A stretch of DNA of 64,000 nt from Candidatus Multivoradales bacterium (GTDB lineage: Bacteria; Acidobacteriota; Thermoanaerobaculia; Multivoradales; J023): positions 1,760,001-1,824,000 of the forward strand of contig CBDFLE010000006.1 of NCBI GenBank assembly GCA_965248925.1, read 5' to 3'. Made by a program: the position numbers and the translations under genes. Shown in pieces: positions 48,785 to 60,050 of the stretch (position 1 is its first letter; each line of letters opens with the position of its first letter). A model generated the notes under the pieces. It was not told where the DNA came from and did not search any database. It saw only the letters and a list, made by a program, of their open reading frames with translations.

Positions 48785-48898
48785 TCAACCCTGACGCTGT
48801 TTATGCTTCGGGTTCTCGCAGATCACCCGCACGACACCGCGCCGCCGGACGACCTTACATTTAGGGCAAATCTTCTTGACCGATGCGCGAACTTTCAT
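48785..48898 (-). CDS. rpmJ: 50S ribosomal protein L36 (Zn-binding type)
   Basis: Not in the ORF track; [37 protein letters not shown]. Confidence 0.97.
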   Translation of the reverse strand: MKVRASVKKICPKCKVVRRRGVVRVICENPKHKQRQG

Positions 48899-48937
48899 CA
48901 CTCACACCTTCTTCGCGTTGGGCACCTGCCCATGGTT

Positions 48938-49177
48938 CTAACGCCGAGTGTCCTTGAGCCGGTAGGTGATTCTCCCCCGGCTAAGATCGTACGGCGACAA
49001 CTCGACCCTGACCCGGTCGCCGGGCAAGATTCGAATGAAATGCTTGCGCATTTTCCCCGAGATGTGCGCCAGCACCTTGTGCGTCTGCTCTCGGTTCTCG
49101 AACTCGACTTTGAACATCGCATTCGGCAAGGTGTCTACGACAGTCGCTTCGACCTCTATTGCTTCTTCTTTAGCCAA
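48938..49177 (-). CDS. infA: translation initiation factor IF-1
   Basis: [34 protein letters not shown]; TTG start. Confidence 0.97.
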   Translation of the reverse strand: MAKEEAIEVEATVVDTLPNAMFKVEFENREQTHKVLAHISGKMRKHFIRILPGDRVRVELSPYDLSRGRITYRLKDTRR

Positions 49178-49268
49178 GTTCTTCTTCCTCGTCCTCAATC
49201 AAGCGGCTCGCGCGGAGCGCCTGGCGGCTAGGCCATCCAGCTCGGCGATTTCCGCCGGGGCGAGATAG

Positions 49269-50048
49269 CTAGCCAAATGCTGCAACCCTCGTGTCGACCT
49301 CGCTATCGACTCCCAGGATCCACGGCCCCGACTCAGTGACTGCCACTGAATACTCGAAATGGGCCGACAACGAACCATCTCGAGTGCGGGCCGTCCATCC
49401 ATCGGCATCCACCCGTACCGCCTTAGAACCGGCGTTTACCATCGGCTCGATGGCCAGTACCAAGCCGGCGCGCAGCTTCGGCCCCTTGCCGGCGCGGCCA
49501 AAGTTTGGCACCTGCGGATCCTCGTGCAATGCAGTGCCGACACCGTGGCCAACGAACTCTCGCACGACCGAAAAGCCTTGCTGCTCGACGTGACGCTGGA
49601 CGGTGTGGCCGATATCGGTCAATCGCGCCCCGGGGCGAACACACTCGACCGCCAATTCGAGAGACTCGCGGGTGACCCGCAAGAGATCCTCGGCTGGCGA
49701 CGAGATCTGACCGACGGCATAGGTTCGCGCGGCGTCTCCATAGTAGCCTTTGTAGAGAACGCCGCAGTCGAAACCAATGATATCACCTTTTTCGAGTTTA
49801 CGCCGGTTGGGTATTCCGTGGACGATGACATCATTCAGGGCGGTACACAGCGTCGCTGGGAATCCCCGGTAATTCAAAAAGGCTGGCACCCCACCTCGGG
49901 TACGAATGAGGTTCTCGGCCCAGCGGTCCATCTCCTGGGTGGTGGCCCCTGGTTCAACCCGCTCGGCGAGCCCCTCAAGCACTTCATGGACGATGCGGTT
50001 GGCATCGTCCATCAGCTCGAGTTCGCCGCGGGTCTTGAGCACCATCAT
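49269..50048 (-). CDS. map: methionine aminopeptidase
   Basis: HGIP, GHGVG..HEDP, AIEPM, SAHFE. Confidence 0.97.
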   Translation of the reverse strand: MMVLKTRGELELMDDANRIVHEVLEGLAERVEPGATTQEMDRWAENLIRTRGGVPAFLNYRGFPATLCTALNDVIVHGIPNRRKLEKGDIIGFDCGVLYKGYYGDAARTYAVGQISSPAEDLLRVTRESLELAVECVRPGARLTDIGHTVQRHVEQQGFSVVREFVGHGVGTALHEDPQVPNFGRAGKGPKLRAGLVLAIEPMVNAGSKAVRVDADGWTARTRDGSLSAHFEYSVAVTESGPWILGVDSEVDTRVAAFG

Positions 50049-50051
50049 CGC

Positions 50052-50627
50052 TCAGGCCGCTCCCACCGCTTCGAGAACACTCTGCTGCACCTGCTCGATG
50101 GACTGGTTGCCGTCCACTCGCCGCAACAGACCGATGCCTTCGTAATGCTCGATCAAGGGAGCTGTCTTCTGGGCGTACTCCAGGAATCGCTTGCGGACCA
50201 CGGCCTCTCTGTCGTCATCCCGCCCGCGGCCCAGAGCCCTGGCGATCAGCACCTCTTCAGGAGCATCGATCAGCACCACATGGTCGATCGACCGACCCGC
50301 CGCGGCGACAATCCCTTCGAGAGTTTCGACCTGAGAAGTTGTCCGCGGATAGCCGTCCAGCAGGAAGCCGCCGCTCGCGTCAGCCTGCCGCAGACGGTCG
50401 CGCACTATCTCGGCCATCAACTCATCAGAAACCAGCCGGCCTTTGGCCATGATTCTCTCCACCTGCTGGCCAAGAGCATTTCCCGCGGCAACGGCGGCGC
50501 GCAGCATCTCTCCGGTCGAAATCGCCGGAATGCCAAGTGCCGCGGCCAATCGTCCAGCCTGAGTTCCTTTGCCGGAATTCGGCGGGCCCAGAAAGACGAT
50601 TCGTGCTCCTGCTTCAGCGGCGGCCAC
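50052..50627 (-). CDS. adk: adenylate kinase (short-LID type)
   Basis: GPPNSGKGTQ, STGEMLR, LDGYPRT. Confidence 0.97.
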   Translation of the reverse strand: MAAAEAGARIVFLGPPNSGKGTQAGRLAAALGIPAISTGEMLRAAVAAGNALGQQVERIMAKGRLVSDELMAEIVRDRLRQADASGGFLLDGYPRTTSQVETLEGIVAAAGRSIDHVVLIDAPEEVLIARALGRGRDDDREAVVRKRFLEYAQKTAPLIEHYEGIGLLRRVDGNQSIEQVQQSVLEAVGAA

Positions 50628-51999
50628 GGAGCCTTCCCTTCTTGAGGAAGCCGTCGTAGTTGCGCATCACCAGCTGGCTCTCGATCTGCTGCACGAAGTC
50701 CATCGCCACCCCGACCACGATCAGCAGCGAGGTGCCACCGAAGTAGAATTCGATCCCCAGCCCTTGGCTGATGAAGCTCGGCACAAATGGATCGATCTTC
50801 GGCCCGATGAAGGGGATGCCTTCGACCTTGAAGCCGAAGAGCAGCAGCTCCGGCAAGACCGAAACCGCGGCTAGATACAGCGAACCGATCAACGTCAATC
50901 GAGTGAGGATGCGGTCGATGTACTCCGCCGTCCGCCGGCCAGAGCGAATGCCGGGGATAAAACCACCGTACTTGCGCATGTTCTCTGCGGTGTCCTGCGG
51001 ATTGAAGATGATCGAGACGTAGAAATACGAGAAGAAGATGATCGCTGTCGCCAGCATCAGGTAGTAAATCGGCTGACCCTGGGAGAGGAAATCCTGGAAG
51101 GCTAGCGCCCAGCGTTGTCCGGAGAACAGGCCAGCCAGGGTCGGCGGCAGCATCGCCACCGAGCTAGCGAAGATCACCGGGATGACACCGCCGGTGTTGA
51201 CCCGCAGTGGCAGATAGGTGTTTTGCCCACCGTAGACCCGCCGGCCGACCACCTTCTTCGCATACTGCACGGGAATGCGCCGCTGCGAGCGTTCCATGTA
51301 GACGATAAAGCCGGTGACCAGCAGCATGAAGCCCACCAACAGGACAATCAGCACCGGGTTGATAGCCCCACTGCCCATCTTCTGGAAAGTGCTGGCAATC
51401 GCCTTCGGCAGTCCGATCACAATTCCGGCAAAAATGATCAGTGAAATGCCGTTGCCGATGCCGCGCTCTGAAATCTGTTCACCTAGCCACATGACGAACG
51501 AACAGCCCGTGGTGAGCGTCAAGATGGTGAGTAAGCGGAAGCCCCAACCCGGGTTCTCAACCAGCTGAGCGCCACCCGGAGCGGTGATCCGCTCGATGGT
51601 AATAGCAATGCCGGTCGACTGGATCAGCGAGACCAGCAAGGTGCCGTAACGGGTGTATTGGGTGATCTTGCGCCGCCCAAGCTCGCCTTCTTTCGACAGC
51701 TTCTCGAGGTAGGGAACAACGACGGTGAGCAGCTGGAGAATAATTGACGCCGTGATGTACGGCATGATCCCGAGGGCGAAAATCGCCGCCCGCTCGATGC
51801 TGCCACCAGAGAAGGTGTTGAGGAAGCCGAGCACGGAATCTTTGAAGTTCTCCACAACTTCCAACAATGCCTGTGGATTGACCCCCGGCGTCGGAATCAC
51901 ACAGCCGATCCGATAGATCGCGAGCAGCGCAAAGGTAAAGAAAATGCGCTTCCGGAGATCTGGGATCGCAAATATATTGCGCACGCTGTCTGCGAGCAC
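50614..51999 (-). CDS. secY: preprotein translocase SecY
   Basis: FALGIMPYITASII, GIGNGISL, GVIPVIFA, GGTSLLIVVGV. Confidence 0.98.
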   Translation of the reverse strand: MLADSVRNIFAIPDLRKRIFFTFALLAIYRIGCVIPTPGVNPQALLEVVENFKDSVLGFLNTFSGGSIERAAIFALGIMPYITASIILQLLTVVVPYLEKLSKEGELGRRKITQYTRYGTLLVSLIQSTGIAITIERITAPGGAQLVENPGWGFRLLTILTLTTGCSFVMWLGEQISERGIGNGISLIIFAGIVIGLPKAIASTFQKMGSGAINPVLIVLLVGFMLLVTGFIVYMERSQRRIPVQYAKKVVGRRVYGGQNTYLPLRVNTGGVIPVIFASSVAMLPPTLAGLFSGQRWALAFQDFLSQGQPIYYLMLATAIIFFSYFYVSIIFNPQDTAENMRKYGGFIPGIRSGRRTAEYIDRILTRLTLIGSLYLAAVSVLPELLLFGFKVEGIPFIGPKIDPFVPSFISQGLGIEFYFGGTSLLIVVGVAMDFVQQIESQLVMRNYDGFLKKGRLRGRR

Positions 52000-52433
52000 T
52001 AGCGGATCTCCTCACAGCTGCCGCCAGCGGCCTCGATTTTCTCGCGCGCTGCTTTGCTGAAGCGATGTGCTTTGACTTGCAGGGCCGTGGTGATTTCGCC
52101 CGCGGCGAGAATTTTGACCCGGGCGCCGCGCCGGGCGAGCCCGTTGTCGACCAGCGTCTCCAGCGTGACTTCGCCTTCCAGATCAGCTAGCTGACGCAGG
52201 TTCACGGCAGAATACTCGGTGCGGAAGATGTTGTTGAAACCACGCTTCGGCACCCGCCGAATGAGTGGCATCTGGCCACCCTCGAAACCTAGCCGCTGGG
52301 AGAAACCAGCCCGCGAACGCTGACCCTTGTGGCCGCGGCCGGCGGTTTTGCCAGTACCCGAACCGGGTCCGCGGCCGAGCCGCTTGCGCTGCTTTGTGCT
52401 GCCCTTGGCAGGCTTGAGATCGTGAAGCTTCAT
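51999..52433 (-). CDS. rplO: 50S ribosomal protein L15
   Basis: [15 protein letters not shown]. Confidence 0.98.
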   Translation of the reverse strand: MKLHDLKPAKGSTKQRKRLGRGPGSGTGKTAGRGHKGQRSRAGFSQRLGFEGGQMPLIRRVPKRGFNNIFRTEYSAVNLRQLADLEGEVTLETLVDNGLARRGARVKILAAGEITTALQVKAHRFSKAAREKIEAAGGSCEEIR

Positions 52434-52445
52434 GACGAAACTCTC

Positions 52446-52643
52446 CTACTCTTCCGCGATGATGCGCGCTAGATGAGCGATCTTTTTTACCATGCCGCGC
52501 ACCGCAGGAGTGTCCTCGCGCTGTACGACATGACGGATCCGGCGCAAACCTAAGCTGCGCAGCACTTCGCGTTGCGTTTTCGGGTAGCCGATTGGGCTAC
52601 GAACCTGCTCGATAGTGAGCGTGTTGGTTTTCTTCTTCGCCAT
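52446..52643 (-). CDS. rpmD: 50S ribosomal protein L30
   Basis: QVRSPIG..LGLRR..VRGM. Confidence 0.96.
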   Translation of the reverse strand: MAKKKTNTLTIEQVRSPIGYPKTQREVLRSLGLRRIRHVVQREDTPAVRGMVKKIAHLARIIAEE

Positions 52644-52679
52644 GTACCTAATCCTCTTGCGCTACCTCGGCCAGCACAC

Positions 52680-53195
52680 CTAAGTGCCAGTTTCGGCATT
52701 CTCCGCGTTCTTGGGCGGCAATCGACGCAAGCGCCGCACATCGGCTTCTTGGCGTAGGTTGCGCAGGGCCTCGAAGGTCGCCTTGACGACATTCTGAGGG
52801 TTGGTGGTGCCCAGGGATTTGGTCAGGATGTCGTGAATTCCGGCACATTCGATGACCGCTCGCACCGGGCCGCCAGCTATCACCCCGGTACCCGGTGATG
52901 CTGGTTTGAGCAGCACTTTACCGGCGCCAAAGATGCCGACAATCTCGTGCGGGATGGTCGCGTCTTTGACCGGCACGGTGATCATGCTCTTCTTCGCTAT
53001 TTCGATGCCCTTGCGAATGGCCATCGGAACTTCCTTCGCCTTGCCCTGCCCCCAGCCAACACGGCCGGAGCCATCGCCGATAACCATCAGCGCGGAAAAG
53101 GAGAAATTCTTGCCGCCCTTGACCACCTTGGTCACGCGGTTGATGTATACGACCTGCTCGATGAAATCGCGTTCGCGATCGAAATCCCTAGCCAC
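52680..53195 (-). CDS. rpsE: 30S ribosomal protein S5
   Basis: [19 protein letters not shown]. Confidence 0.98.
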   Translation of the reverse strand: MARDFDRERDFIEQVVYINRVTKVVKGGKNFSFSALMVIGDGSGRVGWGQGKAKEVPMAIRKGIEIAKKSMITVPVKDATIPHEIVGIFGAGKVLLKPASPGTGVIAGGPVRAVIECAGIHDILTKSLGTTNPQNVVKATFEALRNLRQEADVRRLRRLPPKNAENAETGT

Positions 53196-53226
53196 TCTAC
53201 GTACTCCTTGTCCGTTTCAGCAGGGC

Positions 53227-53610
53227 CTAGAAAACCAGGCCCTTGCCGCGGGCACCGTCGGCCAACTCTTTGATCTTGCCATGATAGACGTAACCGCCGC
53301 GATCAAAAACCACCTGCTCGACACCGTTCTTCTTGGCCCGCTCGGCAATCGCCTCACCCACAGCCTTGGCCGCGCTGCGGCTCGACGTCGAGCCCTCTAC
53401 GTCGGCGAGCAAACTCGACTCAGCGGACGTGGCCTGCGCCAAAGTACGCCCAGTCTGGTCGTCAATCACCTGCGCGGAGATATACCGCAACGACTTGTGG
53501 ACCGCCAAGCGCGGACGCTCGGCACTGCCTTGGACGCGCTGCCGCAGGCGTTGGTGAGACCGCTTGCGCCGCTGATGCTTGGCGCGGACTTTCTTTCCTT
53601 GATCGCTCAT
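53227..53610 (-). CDS. rplR: 50S ribosomal protein L18
   Basis: [17 protein letters not shown]. Confidence 0.98.
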   Translation of the reverse strand: MSDQGKKVRAKHQRRKRSHQRLRQRVQGSAERPRLAVHKSLRYISAQVIDDQTGRTLAQATSAESSLLADVEGSTSSRSAAKAVGEAIAERAKKNGVEQVVFDRGGYVYHGKIKELADGARGKGLVF

Positions 53611-53631
53611 CGAATTCTCTCCCGGCCGGAG

Positions 53632-54171
53632 CTAACGGGCACCAGCCTTGCCGACCTTGCGGCGGATATGCTCGCCGCTGTATCGAATGCCCTTTGCCTT
53701 GTAGGGATCCGGTGGCCGCAGGCTGCGAATCTCCGCCGCCACTTGCCCTACCGCCTGGCGGTCGGCACCACGCACGGTGATCTTGTTGTTTTTATCGATC
53801 TCTACCTCGATTCCCCTGGGGATCGAGAAGATGACTGGATGGGAAAAGCCCAGGGCAAAATGTGCCTCCTTGCCCTTGACCTCGGCCCGGTAGCCTACAC
53901 CGACGATCTCGAGGCTCTTGACGAAACCCTCGGTGACCCCAAGCACGGCGTTGGCGAGCAGCGCCCGAGACAAGCCGTGTTTTGCCCGCACCGCGCCGGA
54001 GTCGTTGATCCGGCCGACTTTGATCTGGCCGTCTTCGATCTCTATCGGGCACTCGCGGAACACGGGCGCAGTGACCGTGCCCTTGGGGCCTTCAGCGGTG
54101 AACACATCACCATCGATTTTGACCTTCGCCGCCTTAGGCAGCGGGATCGGCTGTTTTCCGATTCGCGACAT
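53632..54171 (-). CDS. rplF: 50S ribosomal protein L6
   Basis: [24 protein letters not shown]. Confidence 0.98.
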   Translation of the reverse strand: MSRIGKQPIPLPKAAKVKIDGDVFTAEGPKGTVTAPVFRECPIEIEDGQIKVGRINDSGAVRAKHGLSRALLANAVLGVTEGFVKSLEIVGVGYRAEVKGKEAHFALGFSHPVIFSIPRGIEVEIDKNNKITVRGADRQAVGQVAAEIRSLRPPDPYKAKGIRYSGEHIRRKVGKAGAR

Positions 54172-54202
54172 CGTTACTATTCCCGGAGAAAAACCGGGCT
54201 CC

Positions 54203-54601
54203 TTACCAGATCTCGCACAGGACCTCGCCACCGATACGGGCGGCGCGCGCCTGCCGATCGCTGAGGAGACCCTTGGAGGTGGAGATGATCGACACACCGA
54301 TGCCGTTGAGTATCGGCTTGATGTCGTCCGCACCGCGATAGACTCGACGCCCCGGCTTGGAGACTCGCGCCAAACGCTGAATCGCCGGCACACCGGCTTC
54401 GTTGTAGCGCAGGAAGATCCGCAGGACATCCTGCGGCTGGTTCTCAATGCGCTCGAATCCATCGATGTAGCCTTCTTCGACCAACACCGCGCAGACGCGC
54501 TCCTTCATTCTCGAGATTGGCAAGTCGAGACGGTCATGCTTGACCATCAGCGCGTTGCGAATTCGCGTTAAGAGGTCCGCGATCGGATCTGTCATGCTCA
54601 T
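54203..54601 (-). CDS. rpsH: 30S ribosomal protein S8
   Basis: [29 protein letters not shown]. Confidence 0.98.
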   Translation of the reverse strand: MSMTDPIADLLTRIRNALMVKHDRLDLPISRMKERVCAVLVEEGYIDGFERIENQPQDVLRIFLRYNEAGVPAIQRLARVSKPGRRVYRGADDIKPILNGIGVSIISTSKGLLSDRQARAARIGGEVLCEIW

Positions 54602-54632
54602 GCTGGCTTCTCCGTTTCCTATCCGTCTCGGC

Positions 54633-55256
54633 TCAGGGAGCACCCTGCTCGGCGAACGGGATACCCAGTTCCTTGAGCAAGAAGTGAGCACGCTCGTCGT
54701 TAGGCGAGGTGGTGACGATGGTGATGTTCATACCCTTCGAACGATCGTGGTTGCTGCTGTCGACTTCGGGAAAAATCAAGTGGTCCTTGATTCCCAGAGT
54801 GTAGTTCCCGCGGCCGTCGAAGCTGCGGTTCGGTACCCCACGAAAGTCACGTACTCGCGGCAAGGCACTCAAGATTAGCCGATCAAGGAAATCCCACATA
54901 CGACCGCCACGCAGGGTAACGCGACAGCCGATCGGCATTCCCTCGCGCAGCTTAAAGGCTGCGATCGACCGCTTGGCCCGAGTAATACAGGCGTGCTGGC
55001 CGGCGATCGCGGTCAGCTCTACCTGGGCGTCGTCGAGCAGCTTGATGTTGCGGGTAGCTTCACCAAGGCCGATATTGAGGTTGATTTTGTCCAAGCGAGG
55101 CACCGCCATGACGTTGCCGATGGCGAATTCCTTCTGCATTTTCGCCAGCACTTCATTGCAGTACTGAGCACTCAGACGCGGCACGTAGTTGGCGTCGACA
55201 TCTCGACCGTCGGAGTTGATACCGGCGGCGCCTTTGGCGGCTTTCTTTTTGGCCAT
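54633..55256 (-). CDS. rplE: 50S ribosomal protein L5 (N-terminal extension)
   Basis: [22 protein letters not shown]. Confidence 0.98.
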   Translation of the reverse strand: MAKKKAAKGAAGINSDGRDVDANYVPRLSAQYCNEVLAKMQKEFAIGNVMAVPRLDKINLNIGLGEATRNIKLLDDAQVELTAIAGQHACITRAKRSIAAFKLREGMPIGCRVTLRGGRMWDFLDRLILSALPRVRDFRGVPNRSFDGRGNYTLGIKDHLIFPEVDSSNHDRSKGMNITIVTTSPNDERAHFLLKELGIPFAEQGAP

Positions 55257-55281
55257 TTACAGCTACTCCACAGAACCCGGC

Positions 55282-55605
55282 TCAGTTGAGCTCGGCTCCT
55301 GAAACTTTCGCCACGCGGACGCCGCGGCCATCTTCGAGTCGCTTGCGCCCGATGCGTGTCGGCTTGCCGGAATCCGGGTCGATCACTTTCAAGTTGGAGA
55401 TCCGGATCGGCGCTTCGCGCTCGACAATTCCACCCTGCACCTGCTTCTGCGGGTTGGGGCGAGTATGCTTTTTCACCAGGTTCACGCGCTCGACGATAAC
55501 CCGGCCAGTTCGCGGGAAAACCCTGAGCACACGGCCCTTGGCTCCCTTGTCGCGACCGGCGATCACCAGCACCTGGTCATTCTTCTTGATTCTCAGCTTC
55601 GGCAT
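55282..55605 (-). CDS. rplX: 50S ribosomal protein L24
   Basis: [11 protein letters not shown] motif, EAPI..SN. Confidence 0.98.
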   Translation of the reverse strand: MPKLRIKKNDQVLVIAGRDKGAKGRVLRVFPRTGRVIVERVNLVKKHTRPNPQKQVQGGIVEREAPIRISNLKVIDPDSGKPTRIGRKRLEDGRGVRVAKVSGAELN

Positions 55606-55633
55606 TGCCTTCCTCTAGCTTCGTCGGTTTGGC

Positions 55634-56002
55634 TCAGAGAACTTCGGGGGCGAGAGAGACGATCTTCATGAACTTCTTCTCCCGCAACTCCCGTGCCACG
55701 GGGCCAAAAACGCGGGTACCTACCGGCTCGCGGGAATCATCGACCAGCACGGCGGAGTTTGTGTCGAAGCGGATGTAGCTACCATCCTTGCGGCGGTACG
55801 CTTTACGGGTACGCACGATGACCGCTTTTACCACCTCGCCCTTTTTCACCGTCCCGTCTGGAATGGCCTCTTTGACCGAGCCCGTAAAGAGATCGCCCAG
55901 CCCTCCATATTGCCCGGTCGAGCCGCCGAGCAACTGAATGCAGAAGATCTTCTTGGCACCAGAATTGTCGGCTACATCGAGAATAGTTCCCATCTGTATC
56001 AT
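55634..56002 (-). CDS. rplN: 50S ribosomal protein L14
   Basis: [23 protein letters not shown]. Confidence 0.98.
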   Translation of the reverse strand: MIQMGTILDVADNSGAKKIFCIQLLGGSTGQYGGLGDLFTGSVKEAIPDGTVKKGEVVKAVIVRTRKAYRRKDGSYIRFDTNSAVLVDDSREPVGTRVFGPVARELREKKFMKIVSLAPEVL

Positions 56003-56005
56003 GGC

Positions 56006-56284
56006 TTAGCTCTCCACCGCGCGCGCGACGATTTCACGCACCCGCCAGCGCTTGCGCTTCGACAGCGGCCGGCTCTGGACGATCACCACCCGATCGCCGG
56101 AGCGACACTCGTTGCTCTCGTCGTGAGCGGTGAACCGCTTGGTCCGCTTCATGTAGCGCTGGTAGAGAGAATGCATGATCGTGCGCTCAACCATCACCGT
56201 GACGGTTTTGTCCATCTTGTCGCTGACCACGGTTCCCGTAAGAACCTGCCGACGACCTCTTTCTTGGTCTGACGTTTCCGTCAT
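56006..56284 (-). CDS. rpsQ: 30S ribosomal protein S17
   Basis: [24 protein letters not shown]. Confidence 0.98.
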   Translation of the reverse strand: MTETSDQERGRRQVLTGTVVSDKMDKTVTVMVERTIMHSLYQRYMKRTKRFTAHDESNECRSGDRVVIVQSRPLSKRKRWRVREIVARAVES

Positions 56285-56320
56285 CGCTAGTAACTCCTCT
56301 CTCCTGCCGGGCCGCGAGGC

Positions 56321-56521
56321 CTACGACGAGGCTTCCTTTTCACGCAGCACGGTCAGCACTCGAGCCAGATTACGACGAGCCTGCGATACCTTCGCTGGAC
56401 TCTCGATCTGACCGGTGGTCTTCTGTAGTCGCAAAGTGAATAGCTGCTGCGCTAGGTCGTTCTCCTTGTCGCGCAACTCTTCACGGGTCATTTCACGTAG
56501 CTCGGACGCTTTCATCGTCAA
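56321..56521 (-). CDS. rpmC: 50S ribosomal protein L29
   Basis: MKASELRE..LFTLR..RRNLARVLT. Confidence 0.96.
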   Translation of the reverse strand: MTMKASELREMTREELRDKENDLAQQLFTLRLQKTTGQIESPAKVSQARRNLARVLTVLREKEASS

Positions 56522-56527
56522 CCCCTA

Positions 56528-56941
56528 CTAATTCTCATGCCGGCTCAAGAACCGAGTCTTGATTGCCAGCTTATGCCGTGCCCGCAAGATAGCTTCGCGC
56601 GCCAGCTCTGGATCTACACCTTCGAGTTCGTAGAGCACGCGGCCGGGTTTGACCACCGCGACCCATTCTTCCGGGCTACCCTTACCCTTACCCATCCGGG
56701 TCTCGAGCGGCTTCTTGGTGATCGGCTTGTCAGGAAAGATCCGGATCCACACCTTGCCACCACGTTTGATATGCCGGGTAATGGCAATACGCGCGGCTTC
56801 GATCTGCCGGGCGGTAACCCAACCGGGCTCCAACGCCTGCAGGCCGTAATCACCAAAGGAGAGTTTGTCTCCACCCTTGGCCCGCCCGCGCATTCGACCG
56901 CGGTGGTGCTTTCTGAACTTGACCTTCTTCGGCATCAACAT
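56528..56941 (-). CDS. rplP: 50S ribosomal protein L16
   Basis: [15 protein letters not shown]. Confidence 0.98.
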   Translation of the reverse strand: MLMPKKVKFRKHHRGRMRGRAKGGDKLSFGDYGLQALEPGWVTARQIEAARIAITRHIKRGGKVWIRIFPDKPITKKPLETRMGKGKGSPEEWVAVVKPGRVLYELEGVDPELAREAILRARHKLAIKTRFLSRHEN

Positions 56942-56961
56942 GGCAGCAACCTCTTAGAATC

Positions 56962-57612
56962 TCAAGAACCCGGGCGACGGGTCTTCTCCTTGAGCAAGTC
57001 TCCCTTGTAGACCCACACTTTGACGCCAATCACGCCGTAGGAGGTGCGCGCTTCGGCAAAGCCGTAATCGATGTCCGCTTTGAGGGTGTGGAGCGGCAGA
57101 CGGCCGTCCTGATACCACTCGCGGCGCGCGATTTCGGCGCCGCCCAAACGCCCGGAAATCATGATTTTGACACCTTTAGCGCCGAAACGGAAGGACGATT
57201 CCATCGCCTTCTTCATCGCCCGCCGGAAGGCAATCCGGCGAATCAGCTGGCCACCGATCTGCTCCGCCACCAACTGGGCATCGAGTTCGGGACGCTGAAT
57301 CTCCTGGATGTTGATGTGCACTTCGCGGCCGGTCAGCTTGCGGAGATCGTCACGCAGCTTGTCCACCTCAGCACCCTTACGGCCGATGATGATACCCGGA
57401 CGAGAGGTGTAGATGGTGACCCGCAGGCGATCCGCAGCGCGCTCGATGTCAATCTCGCTCACACCAGCGTGTGACAGGCGTTTCTTCAACCGCTTTCGCA
57501 GATCGAGATCCTGATGCAAGATCTTGGCGTAGTCGCCCTCGGCGAACCAGCGCGAGCGCCAAGTCTTGTTGTAAGACAGGCGAAACCCGTAGGGGTGCGT
57601 TTTCTGACCCAC
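56962..57612 (-). CDS. rpsC: 30S ribosomal protein S3
   Basis: [23 protein letters not shown]. Confidence 0.98.
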   Translation of the reverse strand: MGQKTHPYGFRLSYNKTWRSRWFAEGDYAKILHQDLDLRKRLKKRLSHAGVSEIDIERAADRLRVTIYTSRPGIIIGRKGAEVDKLRDDLRKLTGREVHINIQEIQRPELDAQLVAEQIGGQLIRRIAFRRAMKKAMESSFRFGAKGVKIMISGRLGGAEIARREWYQDGRLPLHTLKADIDYGFAEARTSYGVIGVKVWVYKGDLLKEKTRRPGS

Positions 57613-57615
57613 GCT

Positions 57616-57978
57616 CTATCTCCTTCCTTCCGACTCGTCGACTTTGCGCGTCTCGAGCTTGACCGTTATGTGGCTCTGCCGCTTCAATTTGCGGTAGGCA
57701 CGGCCCATGGTAGTGAACCAGATGCGCTTCATCGCCGGGCCGCCATCGACAAAGATCTCTTTGACGTACAGCTGATCGACATCAAGCTCGTCGTCGCGGT
57801 TCTCGGCGTTGGCAACTGCTGCCCGCAGCAGTTTCTCCAAATGCAGAGCCGCATATTTCTTGGTGTTCTGCAAGATGTCAACCGCTTCCTGTACATCCCG
57901 ACCGCGCACCAGATCGGCTACCAACCGAACTTTTTGCGGTGAGGACTGCAGGTGGCGTAGACGTGCTGTGAATTCCAT
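57616..57978 (-). CDS. rplV: 50S ribosomal protein L22
   Basis: SPQKVRLVADLVRG, SHITV. Confidence 0.98.
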   Translation of the reverse strand: MEFTARLRHLQSSPQKVRLVADLVRGRDVQEAVDILQNTKKYAALHLEKLLRAAVANAENRDDELDVDQLYVKEIFVDGGPAMKRIWFTTMGRAYRKLKRQSHITVKLETRKVDESEGRR

Positions 57979-57989
57979 CGCCGACTCCT

Positions 57990-58277
57990 CTAGCGGCGCG
58001 CCGACGCCATGCGCTCACGACGTCCAGCGTGACCGCGGAAAGTCCGTGTCATGGCGAACTCGCCGAGCTTGTGACCCACCATATTTTCGCTGATGTAGAC
58101 CGGGATGAACTTGATCCCGTTATGCACAGCGATAGTGTGCCCGACCATATCCGGCGTCACCGTCGAGCGTCGTGACCAGGTCTTGATAACCCGCTTTTGA
58201 CCGCTCTCGTTCATTCTGTCTACCTTCACGATCAGGTGTTGATCGACGAAGAATCCCTTCTTTAATGACCTGGACAT
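57990..58277 (-). CDS. rpsS: 30S ribosomal protein S19
   Basis: RSLKKG, TWSRRS, GHKLGEF. Confidence 0.98.
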   Translation of the reverse strand: MSRSLKKGFFVDQHLIVKVDRMNESGQKRVIKTWSRRSTVTPDMVGHTIAVHNGIKFIPVYISENMVGHKLGEFAMTRTFRGHAGRRERMASARR

Positions 58278-58286
58278 AGCCGCCCC

Positions 58287-59120
58287 TTAACGCTTCTTCT
58301 TGCGCCGACGCACGATCATGCCGTCGGTCCGCTTGTTGTTACGGGTCTTGTAGCCCTTGGTGGGCACACCCCAGGGCGTACAGGGATGACGACCGCCACT
58401 TGAGCGCCCCTCACCACCGCCCATCGGGTGGTCTACCGGATTCATGGTGACGCCACGGTTGTGTGGCCGTCGCCCGAGCCAACGCTTGCGACCGGCCTTG
58501 CCAAGCGAGATCACGTCATGCTCTGAGTTGCCAACCTCACCGATAGTTGCATAGCAGTTCAGGTGCACCTTGCGCACCTCACCAGACGGCAACCTGACCT
58601 GCGCATATCCCGCATCCTTGGCCATCAGCTGCGCCGAAGTTCCGGCGCTGCGCACCATCTGCCCGCCCTTGCCGATCTTCAACTCGATGTTGTGAATCAA
58701 CGTGCCGAGGGGAATCCTGTGTAGCGGTAAGGCATTGCCGGGATTGATCTCCGCCTCTGGTCCTGAGACCACCGAACTCCCAACTTCCAGCCCTTTGGGC
58801 CAAAGGATGTAGGTTTTGGCGCCGTCCGCGTAGTGCAGTAGCGCGATCCGCGCCGAGCGGTTCGGGTCGTACTCGAGGGTCGCTACCTTGGCCGGCACGC
58901 CGTGCTTCTGGCGCCGGAAATCGATGATACGGTACCGCCGCTTGTGACCGCCGCCGCGAAAGCGCACGGTGATCCGACCGCGGTTATTGCGCCCACCAAT
59001 CCGTTTCTTGCCCTCGGTCAGCGCCTTCTCAGGCTTGGTTTTGGCAGTCAGCTCCTTGAAAGTCGCCGACGTCTTGAAGCGACTACCAGGGCTAGTCGGA
59101 CGGTATTGTTTGACAGCCAT
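58287..59120 (-). CDS. rplB: 50S ribosomal protein L2
   Basis: [21 protein letters not shown]. Confidence 0.98.
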   Translation of the reverse strand: MAVKQYRPTSPGSRFKTSATFKELTAKTKPEKALTEGKKRIGGRNNRGRITVRFRGGGHKRRYRIIDFRRQKHGVPAKVATLEYDPNRSARIALLHYADGAKTYILWPKGLEVGSSVVSGPEAEINPGNALPLHRIPLGTLIHNIELKIGKGGQMVRSAGTSAQLMAKDAGYAQVRLPSGEVRKVHLNCYATIGEVGNSEHDVISLGKAGRKRWLGRRPHNRGVTMNPVDHPMGGGEGRSSGGRHPCTPWGVPTKGYKTRNNKRTDGMIVRRRKKKR

Positions 59121-59122
59121 GC

Positions 59123-59413
59123 TCAGACCCCTTCGAAGAACTCGATCGGCTTCTGGCCGTCAACGAGCCGCACGTAGGCTTTTTTCCAGTCCGGTTGACG
59201 GCCGACGAAGCGACCCTGCCGGCGCGTCTTACCATGCACGCGGGAGACCCGAACCTCCGCCACCTTGACCTTGAACTGCACTTCTACGGCCCGGCGGATC
59301 TCGATCTTGTTGGCGTCACGGGCTACCTCAAAGGCATAGATCGGGCAAGTTTCCCGCATCACAGTAGCCTTCTCGGTGATCAGTGGCCGGCGAATGACAT
59401 CTTGCACTCTCAT
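59123..59413 (-). CDS. rplW: 50S ribosomal protein L23
   Basis: PLITEKA, ANKIEI, WKKAYV. Confidence 0.97.
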   Translation of the reverse strand: MRVQDVIRRPLITEKATVMRETCPIYAFEVARDANKIEIRRAVEVQFKVKVAEVRVSRVHGKTRRQGRFVGRQPDWKKAYVRLVDGQKPIEFFEGV

Positions 59414-60033
59414 TTGCTGAGCACCTCTACCAGGGTTGCGAGAGCCGCCTCGCTCAACACCAGATGTTCTCGATCGATGACATCGTAGACGTTGACCGCC
59501 AACGCATCGACACTCTTCACCTGAGGATTGTTGCGGGCAGCTAGCCGGAGGTTGTCGTTGTCCCGCGAATCCACCAAGAGAGTTTTGGCAGCAAGACCCA
59601 GGCCGGCGAGCACGGAAGCGAGCCCACGAGTCCGATGATCTTGCAACTCCAAGCTGTCGAGCACCAGAATCTGCTCGTCCGCCAGTTTGCGCGACAACAC
59701 CGACTTGAGAGCGTTCTTCTTCTCCCGCACGCTCAGCCCCATGACGTAGGAGCGCGGCTGAGGCCCGTGGGAAATTCCACCCTTGTGCCGATTCGGACTG
59801 CGCGCATCGCCTACCCGAGAACGGCCAGTGCCCTTCTGCCGCCACAGCTTGCGGCCAGAGCCAGCAACCTCGGCGCGGGTCTTGGTCTTGTGGGTACCGC
59901 GACGCTGGGCCGCCATGTAGGCGCGCACTGCGGTGTGAATGAGGTGTTCCTTATAGGGATAGGCGAACACCTCTTCTGGCAGGTCAATTTCTTTGACCTT
60001 CTTGCTCTGACAGCTCTTGACCGTGATCTTCAT
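59410..60033 (-). CDS. rplD: 50S ribosomal protein L4
   Basis: RGTHKTKTRAEV, RQKGTGR. Confidence 0.97.
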   Translation of the reverse strand: MKITVKSCQSKKVKEIDLPEEVFAYPYKEHLIHTAVRAYMAAQRRGTHKTKTRAEVAGSGRKLWRQKGTGRSRVGDARSPNRHKGGISHGPQPRSYVMGLSVREKKNALKSVLSRKLADEQILVLDSLELQDHRTRGLASVLAGLGLAAKTLLVDSRDNDNLRLAARNNPQVKSVDALAVNVYDVIDREHLVLSEAALATLVEVLSK

Positions 60034-60050
60034 GACCGTAGAACCCCCCA

